NCBI RefSeq assembly: GCF_963921235.1
Contig: NC_086098.1
Coordinates: forward strand, 6,758,001-6,822,000
DNA length: 64,000 bases
Direction of reading: 5' to 3'
Origin: Mobula hypostoma
Taxonomy: Eukaryota
In this document: one piece after another, positions 13,427 through 24,685 of the stretch
Position numbering within the stretch: the first letter of the stretch is position 1
Layout: each line of letters starts with the position of its first letter
Notes under the pieces: generated by a model
Seen by the model: the letters and a program-made list of their open reading frames with translations, nothing else
Told to the model about the DNA's origin: nothing
The model's database searches: none
Made by a program: the position numbers and the translations under genes

Positions 13427-13721
13427 AGATGTTTGTTTATTTGTTTGAACTGTTTGTCTGCTTTGGGTAGTTCGTCTGCCTTTATCTGCACTTTTTCATT
13501 GCTTCTGCTGTCTTTCTCTGTTTTACTGTGAATGCCTGCAAGAAAATGAATCTCAGGGTAGTGTATGGTGACATGTGCATACTTCCATAATAAATTTGCT
13601 TTGAACCTTGAAATACTTCCAAACGTTTCTTAACAAATATGGAAATGTGCTTTACAATATTTTTGGTCTTTTTAAAATTATCTGCTTTGGGAAAATTATA
13701 TCTTGTTCTTCTGCCTTTCAG

Positions 13722-14391
13722 TGGGAAGAGATCAGTGGAGTAGACGAGAATTACATCCCCATTCGCACATATCAGGTGTGCCGAGTTATGGAGCCTAACC
13801 AGAACAACTGGCTGAGAACTAACTGGATTGCAAGAGGCAATGCCCAGAGGATATTTGTGGAAATGAAGTTTACCCTGAGGGATTGTAACAGCATTCCAGG
13901 AGTCTTGGGGACATGCAAAGAGACGTTTAACCTGTATTACTTTGAGAGCGATTCGGATGCAGGCCGGAACATTAAGGAGTCGCAGTACCTCAAAATAGAC
14001 ACCATCGCAGCCGATGAAAGTTTTACTCAAGGAGACCTCGGAGAGCGTGTCATGAAGCTCAACACTGAGCTGCGGGAGATCGGGCCCCTCTCGAGAAAGG
14101 GATTCTACTTGGCTTTCCAGGATGTGGGAGCCTGCATTGCCCTGGTGTCCGTCCGCGTTTACTACAAGAAGTGCTGGTCGATCGTGGAGAACCTGGCGGT
14201 TTTCCCCGACACGGTGACGGGATCCGAATTCTCGTCCCTGGTGGAGGTGCACGGCGCCTGCGTCAGCGACGCGGAAGAGGAGGCAGAAAATCCTCCCAGG
14301 ATGCACTGCAGTGCCGAGGGCGAGTGGCTGGTGCCAATCGGCAAGTGCGTCTGCAAAGCGGGATTTCAGCAGAAGGGTGATGAGTGTGATG
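13722..14391 (+). CDS. EPHA7: Internal coding exon (exon 3 equivalent) of an ephrin type-A receptor, EphA7-like (EphA7/EphA10 clade): ligand-binding domain plus start of Cys-rich region
   Basis: Translation [20 protein letters not shown]...[24 protein letters not shown]...[19 protein letters not shown]...[50 protein letters not shown]...[22 protein letters not shown]. Polypyrimidine tract plus ttcag acceptor (AG 13720-13721), phase 0 start; donor g|gtaagt at 14392, phase 1; 670 nt. Eph family assignment is secure; EphA7 versus its paralogue EphA10 is not resolved. Confidence 0.93.
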
Positions 14392-14813
14392 GTAAGTGCT
14401 CTGAATTTAGATGGAAACGCTGTACTTATAGTGAATCAAATCTGCTTGTAAGTTACTAATCCCAGCAGTTAAATATTATAAAAATTGTAAAAATGAAGGA
14501 AAATTTAATTAGAAATACAAACTTTCAGATTGCAAGACACGGCTCTGAAATCAGCTTTTAAAGAGTTGCCGTCCCTGATTTTCACTAGGACGTTACTCGG
14601 TCTCCATTCACACATGAAAATGTCTGCTTTAGTTATTATTTTTGTCAGTTTCCAATTCATCTGCGAAAGGATTCAGTGTTGGATCAGGAAGAGCATGATG
14701 CGTGGGTAATTCTGGGAGCATTGATTTCATTGCAAGCCTTATGGATTGTGTTTTCTGCTTTAGTTCTTGCCTGTGGCTAATTGGATGACCATATCAATTC
14801 CTTAAACCTTTTG

Positions 14814-16192
14814 TCAAGTCAAGTCAAGTTTATTGTCATTTCGACCATAAGCTGCTGGTACAGTACACAGTAAAAATGAAACAACGTTCCTCCAGGACCA
14901 TGGTGCTACATGAAACAACACAAAACTACACTAGACTATGTGAGAGAGCACAAGGTTACACGAGACTACGTAAAACAACATAAAAACTACACTAGACTAC
15001 AGACCTACACAGGACTAGCACAAAACAGTGCAGTACAATAATGAATAAACAAGACAATAGGCACAGTAGAGGACAAATTACAATGTAATAATAAATGATG
15101 TAGATGTCAGTCTAGACTCTGAGTATTGAGGAGTCTGATGGCTTGGGGGAAGAAACCGTTACATAGTCTGGTCGTGAGAGCCCGAATGCTTCGGTACCTT
15201 TTGCCAGGTGGCAGGAGGGAGAAGAGTTTGTATGAGGGGTACGTGGGGTCCTTCACAATACTGTTAGCTTTGTGGGTGCAGCGTGTGGTGTAAATGTCTG
15301 TAATGGTGGGAAGAGAGACCCCGATGATCTTCTCAGCTGACCTCACTATCCGCTGCAGGGTCTTGCGATCCGAGACGGTGCAATTCCCGAACCAGGCAGT
15401 GATGCAGCTGCTCAGGATGCTCTCAATACAACCTCTGTAGAATGTGGTGAGGATGGGGGGTGGGCGATGGACTTTTCTCAGCCTTTGCAGAAAGTAGAGA
15501 CGCTGCTGGGCTTTCTTTGCTATGGAGCTGGTGTTGAGGGACCAGGTGAGATTCTCCGCCAGGTGAACACCAAGAAGTTTGGTGCTCTTAACGATCTCAA
15601 CGGAGGAGCCGTCAATGTTCAGCGGAGAGTGGTCGCTCCGTGCTCTCCTGAAGTCAACAACCATCTCTTTTGTTTTGTTCACATTCAGAGACAGGTTGTT
15701 GGCTCTGCACCAGTCCATTAGCTACTGCACCTCCTCTCTGTGCGTCGACTCATCGTTCTTGCTGATGAGACCCACCACGGTCGTGTCATCGGTGAACTTG
15801 ATGATGTGATTCGAGCTGTGTGTTGCAGCACAGTCGTGGGTCAGCAGAGTGAACAGCAGTGGACAGAGCACACAGCCCTGGGGGGCCCCCGTGCTCAGTG
15901 TGATGGTGTTGGAGATGCTGCTCTCGATCCGGACTGACTGAGGTCTCCCAGTCAGGAAGTCTAGGATCCAGTTGCAGAGGGAGGTGTTCAGGCCCAACAG
16001 TTTCAGCTTTCCAATCAGGCACTGAGGAATGATTGTGTTGAATGCTGAACTGAAGTCTATGAACAGCATTGGAGCGTATATGTCTTTTTTGTCTAGGTGA
16101 GTGAGGGCCAGGTGGAGGGTGATGGTGATGGCGTCGTCTGTTGAGCAGTTGGAACGATAAGCGAACTGCAGGGGGTCCAGCATGGGGGGGGG
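14814..16192 (-). mobile_element. Rex1/Babar-clade LINE, 5'-truncated; RT with one in-frame stop
   Basis: ORFs 15722-16231 and 15107-15718 are in frame: [47 protein letters not shown]. 3' tail gacaataaa(cttga)n at 14814-14838. Confidence 0.92.
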
Positions 16193-16284
16193 CAGGGTCT
16201 TTATGAATGGATAAAACATGAAGAAAAGCACTGTATGAAAAGAAAAGCAGATAGAAAATTAACCCTTTTTTGGCTTACATATTT

Positions 16285-16786
16285 ATAGAACATAGAACAT
16301 AGAATAGTACAGCACAGTACAGGCCCTTTGGCCCACAGTGTTGTGCCGACCCTCAAACCCTGCCGCTCATATAACCCCCCCACCTTAAATTCCTCCATAT
16401 ACCTGTCTAGTAGTCTCTTAAACTTCACTAGTGTATCTGCCTCCACCACTGACTCAGGCAGTGCATTCCGCGCACCAACCACTCTCTGAGTAAAAAACCT
16501 TCCTCTAATATCCCCCTTGAACTTCCCAGCCCTTACCTTAAAGCCATGTCCTCTTGTATTGAGCAGTGGTGCCCTGGGGAAGAGGCGCTGGCTATCCACT
16601 CTATCTATTCCTCTTATTATCTTGTACACCTCTTTCATGTCTCCTCTCATCCTCCTTCTCTCCAAAGAGTAAAGCCCTAGCTCCCTTAATCTCTGATCAT
16701 AATGCATACTCTCTAAACCAGGCAGCATCCTGGTAAATCTCCCCTGTACCCTTTCCAATGCTTCCACATCCTTCCTATAGTGAGGA
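16285..16786 (-). mobile_element. CR1 LINE 3' end
   Basis: ORF 16201-16767 ALERVQGRFTRMLPGLE...FFTQRVV; (ttctatg)n tail. Confidence 0.9.
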
Positions 16787-16944
16787 TTCCTATATTTCTT
16801 TTAATTACAACCTTGTTGATGGTACCCTTCCTCAAGCCCCACTTAAGAGTTTCCAGTTCTTTAACGTACTGTTTCCAGCACCGAGTGTTGAGTTAAAGTC
16901 TGCAGCAAAAATGATATTGTAGACATGATCAGTATCAAAGATAA

Positions 16945-17470
16945 TAAAATGGCCGCTTTATCAGGAACCTCCTGTACTTAAAAAAAAGTGGCCACTGAGT
17001 GTAGGTTCATGGTCGTCTGCTGCTGTCCCATCCGCTTTAAGGTTCAACGTGTTGTTCATTCAGAGATGTTCTTCTACTGGAACGCCTGGTTATTTGAGTT
17101 ATTGTCACCTTCCTGTCAGCTTGAACCAGTCTGGCCATTCTCCTCTGACCTCTGTCATTAACAAAGCATTTCTGCCCACAGAACTGCCACTCACTGAATG
17201 CTTGTTGTTTTTCACACCATTCTCTGTAAACTCCAGAGACTGCTATGTGTGAAAATCCCAGAGATCGGCAGTTTCTGAGACACTCAAACCACCCTGTCAG
17301 GCACCAACGGTCATTCCACGGTCAAAGTCACTTAGATCACATTTCTTCCCGTGGACAACAACTGAACCTCTTGACAATGTCTGCATGATTTTATGCATTG
17401 AGTGTCTGATTAGATATTTGCAGTGATGAGCAGGTGTACAGGTGAGCCCAGTAGGGTGGCGCTGAGTGTA
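16945..17470 (-). mobile_element. Tc1-derived non-autonomous element (cactcagtggccacttt TIR family)
   Basis: Homologous to 39090-39608 with decayed TIRs. Confidence 0.75.
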
Positions 17471-17699
17471 TTAAATGGTTAGTGTCTTTAGGAGAAACAT
17501 GCCTGGCTGATACTTGCTACTCTCTGGTCCTTGTCCATAACAAAGCAGCAGATACGGAGAGGTGAGCGGACGGGCACTGTTACATACAGACACGAAAGTG
17601 GAAGCTTCAGAAGTTGACCCTGCATTACAAATGACAAACTGATCAAGTTTGAGCAAAACACCTACTCTTTAGCTTGCATCATGGAACAGTGACATTAAG

Positions 17700-17973
17700 G
17701 CAAGTCATGTCAAGAAGAATCCCAGCCACCTGCCCATGGACTGTTTGTCCCACTCCCATCAGCGAGGAGGCTACATAGCATCCATGCCAGGACCACCAGA
17801 CTCAAAAATAGTTCCTTTCCCCAAGCAGTAAATCTGATCATTACCTCCATCGATTAACCCACCCTTCCACACCCTCAGCCGCCACTATGTTATCATTCCC
17901 TGTCAGCCACATTATGTACAGACATTTCCTGTGCTTAGCATCACTTTATAAACAAACAATCATTCTATGAATA
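17700..17973 (+). mobile_element. Rex1/Babar-like 3' end, split by the Tc1 insertion (continues 19786-19922)
   Basis: Joined halves match the uninterrupted 3430-3785 tail. Confidence 0.75.
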
Positions 17974-19785
17974 CAGTGCCCATAAAAAGTATTCATCCCC
18001 TGGAGGTTTTCATGGTTTATTGTTTTACAACATCGAATCACAGTGGATTTAGTTTGGCTTTTACGAAACTGATCAACAGAAAAAACTTCCATGTCAAAGA
18101 GAAACCAAATTTCTACAAATTGGTCTAGATTTATTACAAATATAAAACACAAAATAATTGACTGCATAATTACTCACCCCCTTCAGGTCAGTATTTAGTC
18201 GATGCACCTTTGGCGGCAGTGACAGACTTTAGTCTGTGTCGATAGGTCTTCATTAGCTTTGCAGAATCAGAATCAGCTTTTATTATCACCGGCATGTGAC
18301 ATGAAATTTGTTAACTTAGCAGCTGCAGCAGTTCAATGCAATATATAATCTAGAAGATAAAAAATAATAAATAAAATAAAAATATTAATAAATATATAAA
18401 TAAATCAATTACAGTATACATATATTGAATAGATTAAAAATGTGCAAAAAACAGAAATAGTGTAAAAAAGTGAGGTAGTGTCCAAGAGTTCAGTGGACAC
18501 CTGGACACTGCAATTTTCCCCCATTTTTCTTTAAAAAACTGCTCAAGTTCTATAAGATTGCATGGGGATCGTAAGTGAACAACCCTTTTCAAGTCTAGCC
18601 ACAAATTCTCTTTGATTGAGGTCTGGCACTGACTTGGCCACTCCAGGACATTAACTGTGCTGTTTTTAAGCCATTCTTTTTGCTTTTGCTTTATGCTTGG
18701 GGTCATTGTCTTGCTGGAAAACAAATTTTCTCCCAAGTTGCAGTTCTATTGCAGGCTGTATCAGATACTCCTCCAGGATTTCCCTGTATTTTGCTGCATT
18801 CATTTTACCCTCTACCTTCACAAGCCTCTTAGGGCCTGCTGCAGTGAAGCATCCCCACAGCATGGTGCAGCCACCACCATACTTCACAGTAGAGGTGGTG
18901 TGTTTTTGATGGAGTTGGGCTTACACCAAATATAGTGTTTAGTCTAACGGCCAAAAAGCTCTATTTTGGTTTCATCAGGCCATAGAACCTTCTTCCAGCT
19001 GACTTCAGTCTCCCACATGCCTTCTGGCAAACTCTAGCTGAGATTTCATTTGAGCTTTTTTTCAACAGTGGCTTTCTCTTTGCCACTCTCCCACAAATTG
19101 CGACCGGTGAAGCAGCTGGGCAACAGTTGTTGTGTGTGCAGTCTCTCCCATCTCAGCCACTGAAGCTCGTAACTCCTCCAGCGTTGTCACAGGTCTCTTG
19201 GTGGCCTTCTCACTAGTCCCCTTGCACGGTCACTCAGTTTATGAGAGCGGCCTGCTCTTGGCAGATTTACAGCTGAACCATCTTCTTTCCATTTCTTGAT
19301 GTTTGACTTAACTGTACTCCGAGGGATATTCAGTGACTTGGAAATTTTCTTCTGCCTGTTTCCTGACTTGTGCTTTTCAACAACCTTTTCACAGAGTTGC
19401 TTGGTGTGATCTTTTGTCTTTATCTTGGAGTTTTTGCCAGGATACTGAGTCATCAGTAGTTGGACTTCCCAGATACAGATGTATGTTGAAATACCTTGAC
19501 TGCACACAAGTGATCTCCATTTAACGAATTATGTGACTTCTGAAACCAATTGGCTGCACCAGTGATGATTTGGTGTGTCATATTAAAGGAAGTGAATATT
19601 TATGCAATTAATTATTTTGCGTTTTATACTTGCAATTAATTTAGATCATTTTGTAGAGATCTGTTTTCACTTTTTCTGTTGATCAGTGTCAAGAAAAGCC
19701 AAATTAATCCAGTGTGATTCAATGTTGTAAAACAATAAAACCTGAAAACTTCCAAGGGGGGGGTGAATACATTTTAAAGGTGCTG
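17974..19785 (-). mobile_element. Tc1 DNA transposon (long-TIR type) with transposase pseudogene
   Basis: About 200-bp TIRs (17974-18184, 19588-19785) starting TA|CAGTG. Frameshifted transposase pieces KKISKSLNIPRSTVKSNIKKWK, YGGGCTMLWGCF, FQQDNDPKH, VLEWPSQ. A LINE-tail insertion lies at about 18264-18497. Confidence 0.93.
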
Positions 19786-20374
19786 CATAAGCTATGTTTT
19801 TATGTTTTTTAAAGTATTGTGTTCGTTATCTTGTGCGTTTTTGTGCTGCATCGGATCAGGAGTAACAATCAGTTCGTTCTCCTTTACATTGGTATACTGG
19901 AAATTACATTAAACAATCTTGAAATTTCTCTAGCACATACCTTATGTTGTAAAAATGTCACTTTGAGACACTGTAGATTTAATGTTGCTTGGAAGAGGAA
20001 AGAATTCCCAATAATTTTAAATGGAAGTGGAAGCAAGCAGATAGTGTGAACAGAATCATTATCTGCAGTTGGACTTGCACATTCCAGGTTGCAGGAGAAC
20101 GTGCTCAGGGATGCATTGAAGCTCGGGGCAGTCACTGCAAGGGTCAGTGGGGAAGGACCACAGCGTAGGGTTCTTCTCCTACTGGAGAGGAAGGGGCTGG
20201 TTTGGATGAGGAAGTCCCTTAATTACTGTAGTAGTGCACCACCACAAGAGCCCACAGGAGAGTCAGCAGTGCTATTGATGTCTGGGTATGTCATAGAGCA
20301 GCATTGAAAGCAGCAGCTATCAATGCTTTGCACAGTTTATTCTTGTAAATAAATAGATATCATTTTGATTAAAA

Positions 20375-20672
20375 GCGACACAGTAGCGTAGTGATTACCA
20401 CGACAGTATTGCAACTCGGTGCGTCGGAGTTCAGAGTCTAGCTCAGGCACTGTCTGTAAGGAGTTTGTACGTTCTCCTTGAGGCCACGTGGGTTTCCTCT
20501 GGGTGCTCCTGTTTCCTCCCAGAATCCAAAGATGTACTAGTTGGTAGGTTAATTGGTCATTGTTAATTGTCCGGTGATTAGGCTGGGGTTAAATCAGTGG
20601 GTTGCTGTGCAGTATGGCTCGTTAGGCCAGAAGGGCCTGTTCTACACCATATCTCTAAAACCAAAATAAAAT
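20375..20672 (+). mobile_element. V-SINE/HE1-like SINE, near full length
   Basis: gcgacacagtagcgtagtg head, gtgggtttcctctgggtgctcc core, atctctaaaa tail. Confidence 0.75.
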
Positions 20673-20929
20673 AGATTTGTGAATTAAGCACATGCTACTT
20701 GAGGGAAACTTTCACTATTGATGGAAGGGAATGGAAGATCAAGTGTTTCTAAAATAATTTTCCCTCAATTCATGAATTGCCACTTCCGGTGGTGTTTTCT
20801 GTGAGGCAGTTCAGTGTGTAGTTATTGTTGCATTTGATCATTTGCTTATTCTCATTAAAGATTTGGTCAGCTTTACATTAGGTCAACACATTTAGGTCAC
20901 CGAAAAAATTATTACAAATTTCAAGCCTT

Positions 20930-21443
20930 ATAGAAACATAGAAACATAGAAAATAGGTGCAGGAGTAGGCCATTCGGCCCTTCGAGCCTGCACTGCCATT
21001 CAGTATGATCATGGCTGATCATCCAACTCAGAACCCTGTACCAGCCTTCCCTCCATACCCCCTGACCCCCGTAGCCACAAGGGTCATATCTAACTCCCTC
21101 TTAAATATAGCCAATGAACTGGCCTCAACTGTTTCCTGTGGCAGAGAATTCCACAGATTCACCACTCTTGGTGTGAAGAAGTTTTTCCTCATCTCGGTCC
21201 TAAAAGGCTTCCCCTTAATCCTCAAACTGTGACCCCTCGTTCTGGACTTCCCCAACATCGGGAACAATCTTCCTGCATCTAGCCTGTCCAATCCCTTTAG
21301 GATTTTATACGTTTCAATATGATTCCCTCCTCAATCTTCTAAATTCCAACGAGTATAAGCCCAGTCGATCCAGTCTTTCATCATATGAAAGTCCTGCCAT
21401 CCCAGGAATCAATCTGGTGAACCTTCTTTGCACTCCCTCTATG
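20930..21443 (-). mobile_element. Young CR1 3' fragment, same subfamily as 6369-8286
   Basis: Near-identical reverse complement of about 7780-8286, including the (catagaaa)n tail. Confidence 0.92.
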
Positions 21444-21487
21444 TGTCCATTGTGTGCGGTTGTTGAAAAAAATCGTCACAGTGAGGT

Positions 21488-21619
21488 GCTACAAATCAGG
21501 TGAATAACTTCTACCAGAAATCCTAGAACTATGAAGCTACAAATCAGGTGAATAACTTCTACCAGAAATCCTAGAACTATGAAGCTACACACCAGGTGAA
21601 TAACTTTCTACCAGAAATC
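21488..21619. repeat. 48-bp tandem repeat, about 2.7 copies
   Basis: Unit gctacaaatcaggtgaataacttctaccagaaatcctagaactatgaa; first two copies identical. Confidence 0.92.
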
Positions 21620-22164
21620 TGTTCCAACCATTTTCTTCTTTGCCCTTCATTTACGTAGAGTAACTTCACGTTCAGAAACTTGGTTGAAATCTTCATGTTC
21701 ATTAGCTCGAGGAAGATGAGGCTGCATTCTGAATGCTTTTGATTAAGGTGCCCACTGTTCAGGACGTCTTGACTACCTTCAGCTTAGAATTAAGCCAGAG
21801 AGTGAATGGTACCTGAATCTGAATCAGGTTGAGTATCATTGGTTTTTGTCATGAAATTTGTTGTTTTGTGGCATCAATGCATCACAATAGATAAAATATT
21901 ACTGTAAGTTACAATAAGAAATAAAATATATCAATAGTGCAAAAGAGGAATAGTGAGTACTTCATGGACCATTCAGAAATCTGATGATGGAAGGGGAGAA
22001 GCTGTTAGTAAAACACTGAGGCTCTTGTACCTCCTCCCCGATGGTAGCAATGAGAAGTTGCCTCTGTTTTGGGTGTAGATGTTAGACATGAGTTTGAATC
22101 TCACTGTTTAGTGAGTTTCTGACCTGATGTACAATATAATTCTAGCATTTTTATCTCTTGTTTA

Positions 22165-22370
22165 TAGAACACAGAACATAGAATATTACAGAACGTCCAG
22201 CCTGCAATGTTCTGCCGACCTTTTAATCTACTCCAAGGTCAATCTAACCCTTCTACATTGCCCTTCATTTTTCAATCATCCATGTGCCTGTCTAAGAGTC
22301 TCTTAAATGCCCCTATTGTATCTGCCTCTACCACCAACCTTGTCAGTGTGTTCCATACACCCACCATCAT
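22165..22370 (-). mobile_element. CR1 3' UTR fragment
   Basis: atagaacacagaacatagaa tail; ctaagagtctcttaaatg..tatctgcctctaccacc. Confidence 0.65.
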
Positions 22371-22433
22371 CTGTTATCCACAAAATGCTGGGGGAACTCA
22401 GCAGGTCCGACAGCATCTATGGAGAGGAATAAA

Positions 22434-22471
22434 CAGTTGACGTTTCGGGCTGAGACCCTTCATCAGGACTG
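22434..22471 (-). ncRNA. Minimal type I hammerhead ribozyme motif in Penelope-like terminus (best-preserved core)
   Basis: - strand reads CAGUC CUGAUGA A GGGU-CUCA-GCCC GAAAC GUC AACUG: intact core, 4-bp stem II, loopless palindromic stem III (ACGU), one mismatch in stem I. Confidence 0.65.
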
Positions 22472-23230
22472 GAAAGGAAGTGGGAAGATGCCAGAATAAG
22501 AAGATAGGGGAAGGGGATAGCTAGAAGGTGACAGGTGATGCCAGGTGGGTTGGAAAGGTAAAGGGCTGGTGCGGAAGGAATCTGACAGGGGAGGAGAGTA
22601 GACCATAGGAGAAAGGGAGGAGGAGGGGACTCAGGGGGAGGTGATAGCCAGGTGAGAAGAAGAGGTAAAGAAGGCAGAATGGAGGATAGAAGAAACGGGA
22701 AGGCGGAGGGAGATATTACTGGAAGGAATATGAGGTGTTTCTCCTCCACCTAAGGGTGGCCTCATCGTAATGAAAGATGAGGCCACGGATGGACATGTTG
22801 GAATGCGAATGGGGATAGGATCTAAAATGTTTGCCCTCCGGAAAGTTCCACTTTTGGCGGATGGAGTGGAGGTGCTTGACAAGGCGGTCCCTCAGTTTAT
22901 GTTGGGTCTTCGACAAAGCGGTCCACTCTCAGTGTGGGGAAGCAACATCTCATATTCTGTCTAAGTAGCCTGATGGCGTGAATACTGAAGTCTCCTTCTG
23001 GTAGTTCTGTTCTCCACTCTGATCGCTTACCCCTTCTCCTCATCTGACTATCACCTCCCCCTGGGGCCCTCTTCCTTCCCTTTCCCCCCACGATCCACTC
23101 TCCTCTCCTATCAGGTTCCTTCCACTCCAGCCCTTGACCTTTCCCACCCACCTGGCTTCACCCATCACCATCTAGCTATTCTCCTTCCCCTTCCCCACCT
23201 TTTTATTCTGGCATCTACCCACTTCCTTTC

Positions 23231-23268
23231 CAGTCCTGATGAAGGATCTCGACTCGAAACATCGACTG
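23231..23268 (+). ncRNA. Degenerate minimal hammerhead motif (Penelope-like terminus)
   Basis: CAGTC CTGATGA AGGATCTCGACTC GAAAC ATC GACTG: intact CUGAUGA/GAAA and stem I; stem II and stem III damaged. Confidence 0.5.
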
Positions 23269-23960
23269 TTTATTCCTCTCCATAGATGCTGCCTGACCTG
23301 CTGAGTTCCTCCAGCATTTTGTGTGTGCTGCTCTGGATTTCCAGCAACTGCAGAATCTCTTGTGTCTTTGTTACAGTGTCTTAGGCGAGGTTGCCCAGTT
23401 TGTGCTAATTTACTGGCTGGCTTCCAAACAAATGATTTAAGCGACCTTCTGAAAATCAAGGACAATGATATAGTGAGTTGAATAACATTAATTTTAGGTA
23501 TTTCGAGCCAGCATCAATTACTTTCGGATCACGAAGATATAACTCATTTCTTCAGTTTGCAGCAGACAGGAACATCCACAGAATTGCTCTTTCTGAACTG
23601 TACAATGCGTCAGAAGTGTAGGGTATGATCTTTGTGCAAATAAATTTATTTGCAGGAAAGATATGACGTTAGTTTTGGGACTGAACAGGAGATGGTGGAA
23701 TGTAGAACTGATGCACAGTGTGTTGTTATAGTGCTGTGGCATTGTATGACTTCCCCTCTCCTACTCAATTCCCTGTTCCTCTCAGGTTCTCTGGGATGTG
23801 TGTTAGGGACTTCCTCGTGTATTGTGGAGGGTAACACCATATGTAACAGAGCTTGACAAAGAGATAAGGAGCAACTTCATATGTATGGGTACGGGCAACA
23901 CTCCCATTCCCTCTGAAAGTGCCCTTTATAATGCCTACCTTGGCCCTTGTTGTTTAGCTT

Positions 23961-24212
23961 AGTGTGTCTGTGGTAAGAGTCCATCCTCTGCTGGGAGCCT
24001 GGCTTCAGTGTGTCTGTGGTGAGAATCTGTCCTCTTCTGGAAAACTTTTCTCAGAGTGTCTGCGGTGAGAATCCGTCCTCTGCTGGAAACCTGGATTCAG
24101 TGTGTCTGTGATGAGAATCTGTCCTCTTCTGGGAGCCTGGTTACATTGTGTCTGTGGTGAGAGTCCTCTGCTGGAAACCTGGATTCACTGTGTCTGTGGG
24201 GAGCGTCCTCTC
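23961..24212. repeat. About 46-bp minisatellite, about 5.5 copies
   Basis: Unit approximately agtgtgtctgtggtgagaatctgtcctcttctgggagcctggattc. Confidence 0.9.
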
Positions 24213-24275
24213 CACACATAGGCACATGCATGCACAGCGCGCGCACACACACACACGCACGCGCACACACACACA

Positions 24276-24322
<47 letters not shown>

Positions 24323-24325
24323 ACG

Positions 24326-24382
<57 letters not shown>
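24213..24382. repeat. (CA)n microsatellite
   Basis: Directly visible. Confidence 0.97.
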
Positions 24383-24385
<3 letters not shown>

Positions 24386-24685
24386 GCAGTAGATGGCATG
24401 GAACTTGTTGGAATTTCCGTTGTGACCTTTCTTCCAGAAGCTGATTTCAGTCACTTGGTTCAGTAGCTGCAGCCACTCTCTGAGAGCTGTACGGTTTGAA
24501 GCAGTTTATGCTTCACCTTTGGACCAGGGAGAGCCCACCAGACTGTGCCACCACTGCCCGCTGCTCAGGTACCAGGCTGGCTTAGATGCTCACCAGTTTC
24601 TCTGTGTAGAGTTAGATGACCCAATGCACAAAAGAGGAGCGGACATTATTACTGCTTGGGGTGTTGGAGCTCGGAGTTTTATTCT

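Larger units (their letters stand above)
22379..23370. mobile_element. Penelope-like element remnants in inverted (divergent) arrangement
   Basis: - strand 22716-22916 encodes a GIY-YIG C-terminal remnant (KTQHKLRDRLVKHLHSIRQK..HFRSYPHSHSNMSIRGL..DEATLR). + strand 22920-22990 encodes an overlapping piece of the same region (TLSVGKQHLIFCLSS). Both arms end in the hammerhead-bearing terminus. Confidence 0.8.

Noticed and set aside
1..13700. Search for the short upstream Eph exon (VxLLDS...W-type)
   Set aside because: Candidates near 590 and 4738 lack the conserved Trp, phase or donor; the exon is probably upstream of the window, though I may have missed it by eye.
13608..13721. N-terminal 38 codons of the listed ORF 13608-14459
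   Set aside because: Intronic: precedes the polypyrimidine tract and AG; no Eph similarity.
13482..14306. 274-aa antisense ORF over the Eph exon
   Set aside because: Shadow of the GC-rich coding strand; runs into a repeat tail; no recognisable domain.
21488..21619. CRISPR-like repeat appearance
   Set aside because: Head-to-tail units with no unique spacers, eukaryotic context and no cas genes.
24097..24466. CV/HT-rich ORFs (also 35959-36352)
   Set aside because: Translations of dinucleotide microsatellites.
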